Part shown: piece by piece, positions 1 to 14,657 of the stretch
Layout of the letters: each line of letters starts with the position of its first letter
How positions within the stretch are numbered: position 1 is the first letter of the stretch
NCBI RefSeq assembly: GCF_006345805.1
Contig: NC_043015.1
Span: 3,844,001-3,908,000 of the forward strand
Reading direction: 5' to 3'
Source of the DNA: Octopus sinensis
Taxonomy: Eukaryota
Length of the DNA: 64,000 bases
The notes under the pieces: model-generated
Told to the model about the DNA's origin: nothing
Databases searched by the model: none
Seen by the model: only the letters and a program-made list of their open reading frames with translations
Made by a program: the position numbers and the translations under genes

Positions 1-337
1 GGAATAATTCAATGAAGAAATATTCAATCGGTGCCAAGGGCTAAGTACACAATCTACATAGAATGATCTCTCACCCACCCTGACACTGACGCACATACAC
101 ACAAGCAAAAACAAGTGATACTGCGTGTAAGAGTGTGTCCACCATTTAAGCATATACTAAATCATGTTGCTAAATATATACGTGCGTGTGTGTGTGCGTA
201 CACGCGTATGTATGAATGTAAATACGTACACACACACATACATATATAATTATATTTATATGCATATATATGTATATGTTCGTATATATGTATGTAAATA
301 TATAAATATGTATATATATACATATACATATATATAT

Positions 338-377
<40 letters not shown>

Positions 378-1370
378 CGTATTTATGTGCATGTGTTGTG
401 TGTGTGTGTGTGTGTGTGTGTGTAATTCTCTGTGTTTTTGCAAATATGGCAATGTATGTGTGTTTGAACGCGAGTGTGTGTGTGTGTGCGGATGTTGATT
501 TGGTTGCCTGGAAACATGAGGCTGGACACCGACTTTGATTAAACAACACAAAATAGGATGTCTGCTAGACTGACAAAACACTAAGTTCAAATACAACACA
601 TGATTTTAATCTCAAATCGTTTCAATTGATATAACCCCATACTAATTGAATCACTAACAGTCATTAACATAATGTTCACACCCACCTCCTTTGTCTCCTA
701 AACAATCACGACCAATTATCCCTATCTCACATCATTGATTTCATTCTCCGCAAATTGCCCTTACATAAAAGTAACACAATGATATTTTATTCACTACTAT
801 CTCCGAATATCTCTGACTTCGTACACTGTCACCTCCTTCAGACATTACACTTCGTATATACATTTTTTTTTCTAGGATACACGTCTGTTGACTCTATAGC
901 TTTTCGTTAAGTCACCGCCTTAGACACCGCCTAAGGTAGCTTTGACGAACGATACTTATTTTTTTAAGCATGGTACTAATTAGCAACCCGAAAATAGAGG
1001 AAGTGGGGCAAGTAATGGATTACATATTAGCTATATTCTACGACAACGCGTTTTCAAGTGCAGGTATAAAATTATTCATAAGTAATATTTATTAGTAATG
1101 TTTATTAGAAAAATCAGTGACAGAGATAAGCGGAGATAGTAATGAATAAAATATCATTCTGTTACTGCTGTGTAAGAACAATTTTCGATGAAAGAAAGCA
1201 ATGATATGAGATAGGGATAATTGGCCGTGGTTGTTTAGGGGACAAATGCGTTGGGAGTGAACATGTCATGAACTTGATATGAAAACATTTCTGCCTGTCC
1301 AAATTAGTACAATCACATAAGCATATATGTCCATGCAAGGACAGAGCGTAGGCCTGCGTGTATGTATAAG

Positions 1371-1425
<55 letters not shown>

Positions 1426-2704
1426 AGAGAGAGAGAGAGACATAGATAAACATGCATTCTTTTACTTCTTTGAGAATATATATTCACATACAATATATAT
1501 ATATATATATATATACATACATATGTGTGTTTGTGTGCCTGTGTGTGTACATGGGTGTGGGTATATACACGTGCGTATGCATCGTAAGTATTCTAAGATA
1601 TGGCACATATCATTCATCTAGCGTTTTGGAGCGCATGAATTTACTTGGCATACCGACGGTGCCAAAATTACTATGATCAATAAAGACTTATGAGTGCATT
1701 TTGTTTGCAGACTTAAATAAATTTCCAGAAAACTTCAAAGTGGAGACTTACTTAATATATTGCATCAAATCTAATAAAACATCTAATAAAGCACTAATAT
1801 ATTGGAGCTGATTGCTCGTTGAGATGTCCACTTTTATTGTCCATTTATAGGAATAGTCGATTCAGCGACTATTAATCCGCAGAAACTTCACCTAAATAGC
1901 CTCACGTATTTCTTTGTCGGCAATTGTGTCCAACTTGGCAGTCATATTAGTTATTGTTGAAAGCAATTTGTATGTCGTTCCGTCGAAAATTGGAAATAAT
2001 TCCCGCTGTCGTTTATTCTATGAATTTGAATGCACATATGTGTGAGTGTGTGTGTGTATGTGTGTATGTGTATTTGTGTCTGTGTATTCAAATGCATTTA
2101 CATATACAAACAGACATATATGTTTATAGAAATATTTAGCAATGCGATATTATACAACAGTTGTTCTACCTACCTGTCTGCTACACCTAACAAACTTAGT
2201 CTGCTTTCCGGAAAATAAATTCTGAAAGTAAGCAAATTTAGAAGTAATTCAACAATACATAGGGTTATTTCTCTCTTTGATACTAATTCTTTTGAGCACA
2301 TACTACTTTTGTTTTTATTTAATCTCCTACAGTCATATTTTCCAATAAACTTCTACACAGTCTCCAATGATTGAATGACACAAGTAGCGAAATTAAATTC
2401 AACGTACAAAGATGTTTTGATTCAAAACACAAACAAAGCTAGAAGCGCTTATTGAAACACAAATGCATTTATAATGTGTAAAACCTAAATCCAAAGCGCA
2501 ATTACGTTCGTTAGAATCTCCCACGCTTGCCTATAAAATCAGATGCATTCATATTACCACATAAAAGCAGCTATAAAAGAATACCTACATGTGAAATAGA
2601 AATAATTTAATTCCTTCCTTTCTAAAAATGTGGTAAATATTTTCAGCTACCTCTCACGACAAAATCTAGCGATGCTCTTGCTTGTAGGCATACATACATA
2701 TGCG

Positions 2705-3131
2705 TTTTATCCTTTATTTCTATCAGCCGTTAAACTAAGGCCATGCTGCACGATCACTTTGGGAGAAATATTTTAGTCGAATAAATCAACGACAGAACTT
2801 ATTTTCTTTTCAAGACTTATAACTAAATAAGTCGGTCCTTTTTGAAGAAGCACCAAGTTACGGGGACGTCAACACACCTTCGGCAATTGCCGAGTAAAGG
2901 TCGAAGAGAAACACAGAGAGAAGGACTCACATGCACACAATGACAAAACGCACACAAACAAATAAAAAATCTCACACACACACAAACGTATACGTGCTTC
3001 ATTCGGTCTACAAAGTATTTTGTTACCCGAAAATATAGTAGATGACACTAAAGAAGTTTCCACACTGTGAGACTGAACCCGCAACAATATTGTTGGGAAG
3101 CAAGCAACTTATCCGATCAACAACGACTGCT
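2705..3131 (-). mobile_element. SINE family B, diverged copy
   Basis: Colinear similarity by eye to 45200-45608 (GGCCATGCTG, AGTTACGGGGACGT, internal CA tract, GACTGAACCC head). Confidence 0.7.
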
Positions 3132-3146
3132 CTGGTATGTATACTT

Positions 3147-3194
<48 letters not shown>

Positions 3195-3415
3195 ACACTC
3201 ACACCTATCTGAAACAGTTGAGAGATATTCTATATTGAGAAAAATGATGCAATCAGGATTTTGGATAAAGGTTTCTTAACGCTTTCATTCGTTTTCGAAC
3301 GCGTCAAGATAAATTCAAAACCGAAATGGTAAAAGTAGAACGTTTCGTTGACTATTTATATGAATCAGCTGACTTTTTTTTTTGTTTTCTTTAGAAAGGG
3401 GCAGTGAGAGAGAGA

Positions 3416-3658
3416 GCGAGAGGGAGAGAAAAGCAAAGCGGGGGAAAATAAGTCGAGAGAAAGCTTTCAGGGCTATCAAAAAAGAGGACAAAAATAATAA
3501 ATTATGGAGAAAGGATAGACAAATAGAGAGATAGAGAGAGAGAGATGTTTCTTTTCTTCTTGGTATTGTCAATTCAGTGAAATTTCATTACAATTTTTTT
3601 TTCTTTCCTTTCATCTTTCTATCATTATCTATTTTTCCATTGCATACTTATCAATATG
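3416..3658 (+). repeat. Diverged direct repeat, copy 1 (copy 2 at 4160-4385)
   Basis: Shared blocks AAAATAATAA..GGATAGA..TTGGTAT..TTCA(G/C)TGAAATTTCA(T/C)TAC..TCCA(T/G)TGCATAC(T/C)TATCAA. Confidence 0.6.
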
Positions 3659-4049
3659 TTTGCAAATAAACAAATTTTGTCACAAGTGCTGGTGGCCTTT
3701 CAAAGGTGTCAATTTTAGGAAGTAGGAAGGAACAAATAAGAAAAGTGGTGGGTGATGCGTTCATCACTGACAAATAAAAAAGAGTTTAAAGTTCAAATTC
3801 CTATGAAAATTTATATTCTTGTACACTGTAGAGCTAAGTCCCATATTGTGTATAATTCTATGTTTTGCATGAACAAACATAAAATATTAGTATAATATTT
3901 ATAAATTAGGATAATAAAGTCAGAATCACGAATTCCTTTGCAAAGTATCTACATTAGATGTTTTTCCTAACGAGTTGTAAAATGCTTGCAGAATTCTTTC
4001 GCAGTTATATGTGTGTTCTATACGAACAGCAATTGTCAAAATCCCCTTG

Positions 4050-4096
<47 letters not shown>

Positions 4097-4159
4097 TGAT
4101 CATTTATAGAGATACGTATCACGTTAACATTGTTTTTCTTTTTATAGGTAACTGGAGTG

Positions 4160-4385
4160 AGAGAGAGAGAAAGAAAATCAATGCGTGGGTGGATATGGAT
4201 AGGAATTTCAAGACAAGTAAGAAAGACGAGAGAGAAAAATAATAATACAGTGAGAGGATAGATACATATAGAGAGGGGGAGGGTTATTCTCCCTTTGGTA
4301 TGATCAGTTCACTGAAATTTCACTACGAAGCACGCTTCCTCTTTTGTTTCTTTTTCTTTCTCCAGTGCATACCTATCAACATATA
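4160..4385 (+). repeat. Diverged direct repeat, copy 2
   Basis: Same ordered blocks as 3416-3658. Confidence 0.6.
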
Positions 4386-4450
4386 ACATATAACACACAC
4401 GCACACTGACAGACATATATATATATACACACACACATATTTATATACAT

Positions 4451-4487
<37 letters not shown>

Positions 4488-4610
4488 CATGTATATGTAT
4501 ATACACATGCCTATATATATATACGTATGTATGCATATATATATGTATGTGTGTATATATATATATACATGCATATATGCATATATATGTATGTATACAC
4601 ACACACATTC

Positions 4611-4641
<31 letters not shown>

Positions 4642-4643
4642 AT

Positions 4644-6960
4644 GCACCACACGAAAGTCGGTATTTACATACAAACCGAACAACAACCAATGCACACCAA
4701 ATAAAAGACACCAGGACCTCATACTTACACAAGTCAATCTAACAAAAGAAAACTACGGTACAACTGGAACACAAACCTCCATAATAGAAAACTCGCTTTG
4801 TTGAATATGATAAAATATTCCAAGAAAGCAGATATCTACGAGGGATGAATGATCTCAACAACAATTATTCTCCCACGGAAATTCCAAATCAAAACAATAT
4901 CTAATGAACCCAACAGACGGAGCACTATTAGGGAAAGGTTAGCACAATTCCATCTAAAATCAGAGATCGAACTACCAAACTTTAGAGCCTCCACTAATGA
5001 AGAAAAATATAAAAACATCGACGAGGAGATTCACAGGGACATAAGCAAACAAACCGAGGCACAACTCTTCGAAAACACCATAAATCTTTGGAAAAAACTC
5101 TGCGAAAACGAATTATGAAATTCTCTTCTACGCTAGGAAATAATCAATGGTTTCTTCCAAAGATATGAATCAGTGAAGATAATTCTATTCTACAGAAAAT
5201 GATAAATTATAAACAACAAACAGAAATTGAACAACGCACAAATCTCCCCCAATTTTAACCACTTTTCAACCACAACACTCCTCATTATCTGTCATACACC
5301 ATAAACAGAAATCACCTACTACCTCCATTTGTGAATCACCCAAAACTAAACAAGCTGACAGCCAACTCATTTATGAAATAGATTACATCAAATCTAAAGA
5401 ACACCCATACACCAACATCATCCCAATATCAGGCATAACCATCTCATGGCAATGCAAAACAACACTAGGAAAGCAAGCAAACCACATACCTGGCGCTACT
5501 ACCCCATGACCCAAAATTTCCGGTCTCCACCGAACACAAGAACAGCACAAAATAACACTTGATCAAGAAACACCCCGCATACAAATAATTCCAAATAAAA
5601 GTATACCTCACACAGAAATGTTACACACATCACTAACCAAAACTACCATAGGTACCGGCAAACACATAACCTGAAGCAAGAACACCATTCCCCCGGACCA
5701 ATCCCATACAACCTCACAGACATCTCATGCAAACGAACCTGCAACCCACATTTTTAGCTCCAGATCAGAGACACCAGAATACAGGTTGGAACCTGGTGAT
5801 CAGGTTAAACCGAAGATAATTAACCTCTCAACTAAACCTCTTCCAATCACAAAAGTAAACATCTTCTCAAAAGACAAAACAGGCAATCGTTTGAAATTAA
5901 AAAGGCTATTGAACAGCGTCAACCCAAACATACAGTTCTCAATGGAGTGCAACCAAAAGGAGCGCCCATTCTTAGATATACTAATTGAAAAAACCTAAAA
6001 TTCGAAACGGACATATCTTATAAATCTACAGACGCCAAACATTATCTACAATTTAATTCATGCCACCCAAAACACAAAATAAACATCCCCTTCAACCTTG
6101 CAAGAAGTATATTCAAAATAGTGTCAGAAAAATACCAGAGACTTTAGACTGCAATGGCTCACAGTTAAACTCATAGAAGATGGAATCAGACTTGCAATGC
6201 AAATCGACATAGAAAACTTTAGAAAACACAGCTTCCCCGAAAATATTGATGTACATATCCACATACAACCCAATAAACAAAGAAGCCTTTATCATCATAA
6301 ACCGAAATTTACCAATGCTACATAATGACCCACATGAAATCATTAAAATCCACAAACAACTGAAATCACTAAAAATGACAATCACAAGGGCACAATTACT
6401 TTCTTAAATAACGGATGGAAAAGGGAAACAACCTTCTAGATAGCGCTAATCTTCTTGATGGATCAGAATAGATTTTCAAATAGGGACAATTCAAAATCAA
6501 ATCTGACTTTACTTCTGCTTCAGAAAACCTGATTAATGTTATAAGATGCTCGAGTCCCACCAAAACTAAATGGTATCCACGGGGTTATCACTCAGACGCA
6601 GATGCACTCTGCACCGACAGCAGATTGCATTCCTAAGTTACGGAATGATACACTTTAGTGAAATTATTGAGAATGCGCAAAGATAAGGCTAATACAATTT
6701 GTAATCTTTCTATTCTATCAATGTGCCATTGGAACACCGACACAAGTTAGATTAAATAAGGAAACCAACTTCATTGGAAAATATAAGCCAAAACCTAACG
6801 ATTTCTAACATTTTAAAATAAAGAAACTTACCCCATTGAAAAATATAACGCAAAGCTTAACCCCTTGTAACACTCTATTCTTTCTAAATCAAATCATGTT
6901 AAATTAATAAAAACTAGTCATTCCCAACAATTTTGATTATCTCCGCCATACCGAAAAATA
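4644..6960 (+). mobile_element. Penelope-like retroelement, decayed, RT core deleted
   Basis: Frameshifted peptides KIINLSTKPL; LLNSVNPNIQFSME..PFLDILI; YKSTDAKHYLQFNSCHPKH..NIPFNLAR (RT C-terminus/thumb); then IKSDFTSASENLI..SLRRRCTLHRQQI..KETNFIGKYKP (GIY-YIG region) ending ~6808, followed by a non-coding 3' tail. Confidence 0.85.
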
Positions 6961-7909
6961 TACATATGTATATATTTAGATATATACATGTACACATATC
7001 ATTCGCACATGGTAGTATGTGAATGATATTCTGAAGGACAACATTTCGCAACCACCTTTAGGCTTTTTCTCTAACTCAATTCTTAACCAAATATGATGAT
7101 ATTTACATTTATAAATTGGTCACATGATGAGCTGTATTGCGTTTTATGATAGTTCTCGATGACAGAAATCAATCCATATGAGTTATATGCAACAATATGA
7201 AGTAGAAAAAACATTGAGTTAAAAATCGACGAAAACAAGGAGATTCACGCCTGAAATTGACTTTGAATCCAAATATAAATCTCCTTTCAAAAGAAAACTA
7301 TATTTATATTTAACTATTTTGATCTCGTCTACAGGAATCATATCATGCTAATTATTTATTTCAAAATTTTAGTAAAATATGCTGAAGAGCCAAATATGCC
7401 GAAAAGGCAAATTCAGAACTTAATCATATTTTTAAATTTTCCTTTTTTTTATTAGCTCATATGATAGAACTGATGAAAATATTCAAAATTCAAAAGGTGT
7501 TTTATAAGATAAATATGCCAAATGTAATTAATAAGTAATATTGTTACTTATTACACTAGTAAGACGAAGAGCTTGCAGAATTGTTAACATTCCAAAATTG
7601 GAAACCAATATTCCCAAATGCTTGATTCAGTTTATTATTTAGGTAAGTTACAAAGAACTATCTCAATATCATAGAATACTCTATATTGTAATAGATATAT
7701 ACTCTAAAAAATATCTTTCAGAAACGGTAGTGTGTGCATAATATTCTTAAAATCCAATCGCGACAAATTCTAGGCTTTGTCACTAACTCAGTTATTTACA
7801 AAATTCCATAGTGTTTATACATTTTTAGATTGTTTACCTACTAAGCTACATTTTGAGATACAAATTTTTTTTTTATAGAAAATGTTGAGATTTGAAATGT
7901 GAGGTATAC

Positions 7910-7910
<1 letters not shown>

Positions 7911-7940
<30 letters not shown>

Positions 7941-7975
7941 TTTACGTATGTATGTATGTATGTATGTATGTATGC
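7911..7975. repeat. (TATG)n microsatellite
   Basis: Direct reading. Confidence 0.95.
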
Positions 7976-8782
7976 ATGTATATGTATATGTACATATATT
8001 TATATAATCCCAAATGAATGCGAAAATCTCAACTCTGTAGGAAGGAAGAAAAACCAGTATATAAAATCGTTTCCTGCACTGTGTATAGTGAGATCCGAAA
8101 CCAATATTTCCTATTTACCAGATTTTTGTTAATATACTTGAACCACCCTAGATGTAAAACAAATATTGATGTATTCGTTAATTAACATGTATATTTTACT
8201 TTATTTATGCCATGTTTAATGAATCGCAGTCCAAACAAGTTTTAACTATTAAAAATATTTACAATGTTTTTTCTACATATAAAGATTATATGTTGAGCAT
8301 CTGAAAATGGTGATGATTATTATATTGTTCCATTAATATTCCAAAAATTGTACGAATGAATTCATATGTTTGAAATCAGTATATGAATTGCAAGGAAATT
8401 AAAAGATATGAGAAAAACCCGAATTAAACATCGTACAACATTGATATAAACCACGCGATAATCCAGTGGCTTTCAGTTACAGAACAATTCAAATCATGTT
8501 ATGTATGCAATTAACAATTATTTACATTTTCGTCTTCCTGAAATTATTAGAGGTTGTATCATTTTCAATGTATTATTTGAGGAAAAGAACTGCTATTTCT
8601 AGTACGAAGAGTGGTCATTTACAGGTTATCTTGCTTGAAGATATATAGTACGCGGCGTGATAATTATAAATCAATGTCTATTTCATCTTCCCCGTATGTA
8701 CACACTTCTACACACGCACACACACACAGACACACAGAGGCTTACGTTAATGCATACATATATTCACACACACACACACACC

Positions 8783-8815
<33 letters not shown>

Positions 8816-10324
8816 TATATATATATAGGTGAATATGTATATATATATATGTATATATTTGTGTGTGTGTGTGTGTGTGTGTGATTATATATATAATCGT
8901 GCCGAGAGAGACACGACATATACATTTCGCTTATTCACAAAATAACCAGTATGTAAATTTCGTAGAGAAGATAAATGGCGAGTACTTGATATAAAAATAG
9001 ATAATATATGTGCGAGAATAAATGAGTCTAAGCTGCATTTCCAAGATAAAACGCTTAAAAGGACAGTGATTGATATATAATAATGATACATTTCCCAAAA
9101 TAACTGATATAAACTTCTTAAAATAAGTACATAGAACGTTAAGTTTCCTGAACTTTTCATAGAGACCACACAAATAACGTTTAATCGTTATGTGGCATAA
9201 TCTTTTAAAACAAAATGGGTGAAAGTCTGAGATATTGTATTGCTGTACGCTGGTCGTGATTTCAAGATCTTCCTTTAGGCTTTTGATGTGTGTCTGATCA
9301 TAACATTTTGTTCTCTATTGTGCTAGTTCATCCAACGATTAAAAATAGCTTATAACCGAGTATTAGGTTCAATAGAATGACGTAAAATCGAAGGTGACAT
9401 TAGCTAATATTTGCTTCATAGCACACGCAACGGCTACCAGTGCGTTAGGAGACAGGTTTAATTATTTCAATTATCGAATATCGACTAAATTTTGAAATTA
9501 TAACTTTTGTGTAGGTAGCGTGCGTGCGTTTATGAAAAAGCAATCAAGTTATGCATCGTTGTTTAACGTTATATAATATTAAATGAAACTTTATTTTCAG
9601 TATATTTTCTTCTCGGTGATATAATTGCCAAACTGGAGTTTCTAAAATCATCTTTGCAACATACGTATCTCTATGTATAGGTATAAACACACATACACAC
9701 TGACAACACACAAAACAAACATACACGTACACGCACAGACACACATGCTTGTATGCGCGTGTTTGTATGTGTGCGTGTTTGTGTATAAAATACTATGTAA
9801 ATTTTAGATGGTAGCCGTTTAATTTAAAGCGTCTCATTTATTTATGGTTAGCTGATATACACAGATATTGCATTGTTAAATATTGAAAGAAGCCTAATCA
9901 ATTATTAGTAGCCTTTAGTATTAACGTGGTATTCTTCACAATATATATTACCAGAACTGCAGTGTTTAAAGAATTGGTTTATATACGTCTTTCATAAGGA
10001 TTATAGATAAGTGTTTTTGCTTTTTGGTGTACTAATAAAAATAGTTTTCTTTTATGAAAAATGTTACTAACACTCTCGGCATTCTACTACACATAATAGA
10101 CGTTACTATTTACATATACATAGACTCAGAAGATTTGAGAATGCACTGTATTTATATGATATTCTTTATAAAATTGTATATTGTAATGTCAATGAAAACG
10201 CACTTAATATTAGTAAATAATTATAGAAATAACTCAAATGTTTACTTTCGTTTTTTCCCTCTTATTGGCAGTTGACTTATCTAATTCCTAAATAAGATGG
10301 ACAGCGGATTGTCATACACATTGC

Positions 10325-10511
<187 letters not shown>

Positions 10512-10994
10512 TATAGATATAGGAATATAAATGATATTTAAACAATTAATTATTGTAAGCACTTAGAATATAAATCGCGTTATGATAGAATCTCTTGCAT
10601 ACCTAATTCACAAACTCTCTAACTATCTATCCATCTCTGTCTATATATCTACATATCCCACCATCTCTCTATCTGTCTCTATCTATCTATATATCTTTAT
10701 CTCTCTATCTATTACTATCTACCTTTATCTTCTCTGTATCTATATCTATCTCTGTGTCTATCTCTATATCTACCTCTATATCTATCTCTGTATCTACCTC
10801 TATAAATCACAACTCTATCCTCGTTACACGAGAAAAACCATTTCGAAGAAGACTTACTGATATGGTTCCTGATTGTTGCCACACTAGACCATTGTGGTGA
10901 CTGGCAGGGAAAAAATGGTGTCACCATATGCACTCTATTAACACGTCTTTTTAGCCCTGCAACTATGAGGCAGACCCTTCCACATTTTAGACAC

Positions 10995-11043
<49 letters not shown>

Positions 11044-11185
11044 CAATTAAGATTGAAGTCAATTCTAATGAATTCACTTGAATATGGTACTTAACTTAGA
11101 TGCACCAGAAAACTATATGGTGTTAACCAATACAGTAGTGTGGGGTGATTATAAACGAGAATAGAAGCAACAAGAATGGATTGGT

Positions 11186-11276
11186 TTTTAGTACAATTGT
11201 TTCATACAAAGACAGGCTTTATTAAAAGTTGCAAATATTGCAGCAGATAAAAGTGTCCCGTACTCATCAGCTAAAA
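11186..11276 (-). ncRNA. Type I hammerhead ribozyme motif (inverted copy)
   Basis: Reverse complement of 11697-11787. Confidence 0.75.
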
Positions 11277-11696
11277 CACATATGAGTTCTCCAAACATGT
11301 TAGTGGGTGAGGCTACACTCATGAAGTATTGGAGATAATTTCATTAAAAGCAGATTCAGGTTGTAAACAGACTTCCAAAGATCTTTAATGATGATGCACA
11401 GTCTTATCACAGGTCTTAAAAAAGCTTATTAGCTTCACAAAAAAGTTTAATCCATCCATCGTTTGTGAGTATGAAATACCTCCTCATATCTCTGGAAATT
11501 TACACCTACACTATGGATGGATTAAACTTCTTTGTGAAGCTAATAAGCTTTTTTAAAACCTGTGATGAAGACTGTGCATCATCATTAAAGAACTTTGGAA
11601 GTCTATTTACAACCTGAATCTGCTTTTAATGAAATTATCTCCAATACTTCATGAGTGTAGCCTCACCCACTAAGATGTTTGGAGAACTCATATGTG

Positions 11697-11787
11697 TTTT
11701 AGCTGATGAGTACGGGACACTTTTATCTGCTGCAATATTTGCAACTTTTAATAAAGCCTGTCTTTGTATGAAACAATTGTACTAAAA
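11697..11787 (+). ncRNA. Type I hammerhead ribozyme motif
   Basis: Stem I TTTTAG/CTAAAA; CTGATGA 11703-11709; stem II GTACGGGACA..TGTCTTTGTAT; GAAA 11770-11773; palindromic stem III CAATTG; predicted GUA cleavage after 11781. Confidence 0.75.
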
Positions 11788-12570
11788 ACCAATCCATTCT
11801 TGTTGCTTCTTTTCTCGTATATATATATATATATATATATATACAAGTATGTATCTTTTGGCATGATAACACTGTTGTTCTGGAAAATCGACCAAAATTA
11901 TGCGTATATGGTCGAAAGCCGGAAATATATCGGAGCATAGATGCCGATAAGGAATAATTAAGTGAACGGTCAACTAAAGGCAGCATGTGTAACATATCTA
12001 ATGCTTGATAATTTCGCACTAAACACAATTAAAGCTAAGCTTAAATTGACTCTGTACATACCATGAAGAACAAATGCAATGCAAGAATATAAAAAATAAA
12101 TGTTTTCACTGAACGTATCTCATTGTCTCCTTTGACTGTAAGTACAAATCATGAAGTCTAACAGTACAGTAGAGTAGAATGGATGTTTAAAATGTTTGAA
12201 TGTGAAGACAAACAAACGCATTCACACACACACGCACACACAAAAATGCACACATATACACGATTATAAGCAGACACACACACTCATACGCACATACACA
12301 GTCACGTACACACGCGCGCATGCGCAAACAAACACATGTATGTATATACTAGTTTCAGAGCTGTACTCCATGCGGACCATCCACCGGGCTTTTGCCTAGG
12401 GCTAATTAGTCCTGCGGCCCAGAACAAGATTATACGATGATAATAAAGCATTTATTGGTACTGTGTCTATAAGTTATTACGTTAAATTCAGTTTAAAGGA
12501 AATAAATTGTTAGCTCCAGATATCTGGAGTTCATTTAATATTCGAATAGAAGATATGTATACACACACAT

Positions 12571-12650
<80 letters not shown>

Positions 12651-12774
12651 ATATATATATATATGTATGTATATATATATATATATGTATGTATATATAT
12701 ATATATGTATGCATATATATATATATATGTATGTATATATATATATATATATATATATCTATATATATATACAT

Positions 12775-12812
<38 letters not shown>

Positions 12813-13269
12813 AGAGAGAGAGAGAGAGAGAGATAGGTAGATATATAGACAGATAGATGGATAGATATATACATACATACACATGTATATGTATACACAC
12901 ATACAGACACATATATATATATCACAGACCAAAGTGTACGTACGTCGGTCTATATATATACTTGTTAGAAAGAGCAACCGATCATCATTTAAATCAGATG
13001 CCATGGCTGAATGTTCAAGAAAAAATGGAGGACAAATTTTCAGTCTCAGGAACATCCTGATTCCAAAAAGGTATATGTCAACCTAGAACAGAGGTTCCGG
13101 TTACGCTAAGAAACAAAGATAGAAACAGTCTGAAAGAAACGAATATAAAAAATTGGGTGATACATTTAAAGGTTCACAGGTTTTTGTCAGCTAATCGATG
13201 TAATCCTCAGTACATATAGTCTCCGTCATAAAAAAAAATCTTGAACTGCCTTTCTTATTTTCCTATGTG

Positions 13270-13720
13270 TTATATAGATATTACTCTGGAAGGAGATCAG
13301 GCCAGGGCTTATGCACACTTGTTCTTACCATACTCATTTATGATCCACAGTTGTATGTCACTTATCTCCAGCATTTTCGAACCTTGAGTGCTTTCACCAG
13401 CACTGCATCATTACCATCCTCAGTATCAGCCAACGTTGAAGTCATTAAACAGGCAAAGGTCACCTGTATCGTATTCATGCTACTAAAGACTCAGCTGCGC
13501 TAGACAGGGCATTACTTCAGGTGAATGATCATCGACTGCCCAAGATATCTACATCTGACACGAAGACAGAAGGGAACCTCAGAAATGATATACATCCCTT
13601 AATAACACACCTTAGTACCTGTCATATCGACTATCATCGGCGTTCCACCCTAGCTTAGATCTGTGACACATGTCATTTAAACACCAAATATATTATGCTG
13701 ACGGCTTCTTTAAAATAGGG
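13270..13720 (+). mobile_element. RTE-clade LINE 3' fragment
   Basis: Decayed peptide EVIKQAKVTCIVFMLLKTQLR*TGH..NDHRLPKI matches the RTE/BovB post-RT motif LL..QLRWAGHV.RM.DHRLPK. Confidence 0.7.
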
Positions 13721-13750
13721 GCAGGACAAAGGTGCAGGAGTGATATTCCA

Positions 13751-13961
13751 GTTTAGCCCCTTGTGGTTAATAAGGAAATAAGAAACGTTAGCAATCCGGG
13801 CGAAATGCTTAGCGGTATTTCATCTGCGGGTACCTTCTGAGTTTAAATTCCATCCAGGTCGACTTTGCCATTCATTCTTTCGGGATCCACAAATTAACTA
13901 ACAGTTGCGTACTGGGGTCGGTATAATCGACTGGCTTCCTCCCTCAGATTTTCCAGCCTCG
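13751..13961 (+). mobile_element. SINE family A, diverged
   Basis: GAAACGTTAGC..CGAAATGCTTAGCGGTATTTC..GGTCGACTTTGCCATTCAT..CTGGGGTCG. Confidence 0.8.
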
Positions 13962-14616
13962 AATTATACGAGTTCTAATGTAGTGAGGAAGAAGGAAATT
14001 GTCTGAGAAAACTATATTCTTATATTTGTGAATTTTGTTGTCAATGAATTTTTTTTTTTTTTTCACAAATCCACATGCAAATTTTCGGTAATGCTAAAAT
14101 GATTGATGGTTAGTATACCGATAAATGATTAGATGCTCTGGTGTCCTAATTAGAGACGATCAGTGCTGTGTCTGGATGTATATTCCGTGTAATTGTTCCA
14201 TGTAATATTTTGCGCTTTCTCTTCGTTATATGTTCGTCTCCTTAAATCAAACAATTACGTTATTTAAGGAATTTCTTACGAAAATGTGAATTTACGCTTC
14301 CATTTCATATTAGTCTCAGGTGAAGATTTAATTTAATTCTGAGGAGACGATTCGTAAGAAATTGATAAATAAGTACCAACCTACTAACCAATCGCTGAAA
14401 TTGACTTACCGTCACGGACAAAAATATAAATGTAAGTACACACACACAGACACACATATTAACGTATACAAAGAGGCACACACTCACACATATATATATC
14501 CATAAATATAGGGATATATAGGAGTGTAAGAGAACCTGTGGTCTCTGTGTTTGTGTGTGCGCGTGTGTGCCCGTGTGTGTGTCTCTGTGTGTGTGTGTGT
14601 GCTCTTGTGTGCCCGT

Positions 14617-14657
<41 letters not shown>

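Larger units (their letters stand above)
11155..11818. mobile_element. Foldback element: ~305-bp near-perfect inverted arms (11155-11459 / 11513-11818) with 53-nt loop; PLE pseudo-LTR/retrozyme-like
   Basis: Left arm is the reverse complement of the right arm with only scattered mismatches; each arm contains an HHR; right end runs into (TA)n. Confidence 0.9.

Noticed and set aside
162-599. Numerous YI/HT/CV-rich ORFs throughout the track
   Set aside because: Translations of (TA)n/(CA)n microsatellites; no coding signal.
7381-7416. CTGAAGA..GAAA hammerhead-like spacing
   Set aside because: No convincing stem II, UH site or stem I.
12968-13070. AG..GT-bounded open segment resembling an exon
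   Set aside because: No recognisable protein similarity, weak polypyrimidine tract and no partner exons.
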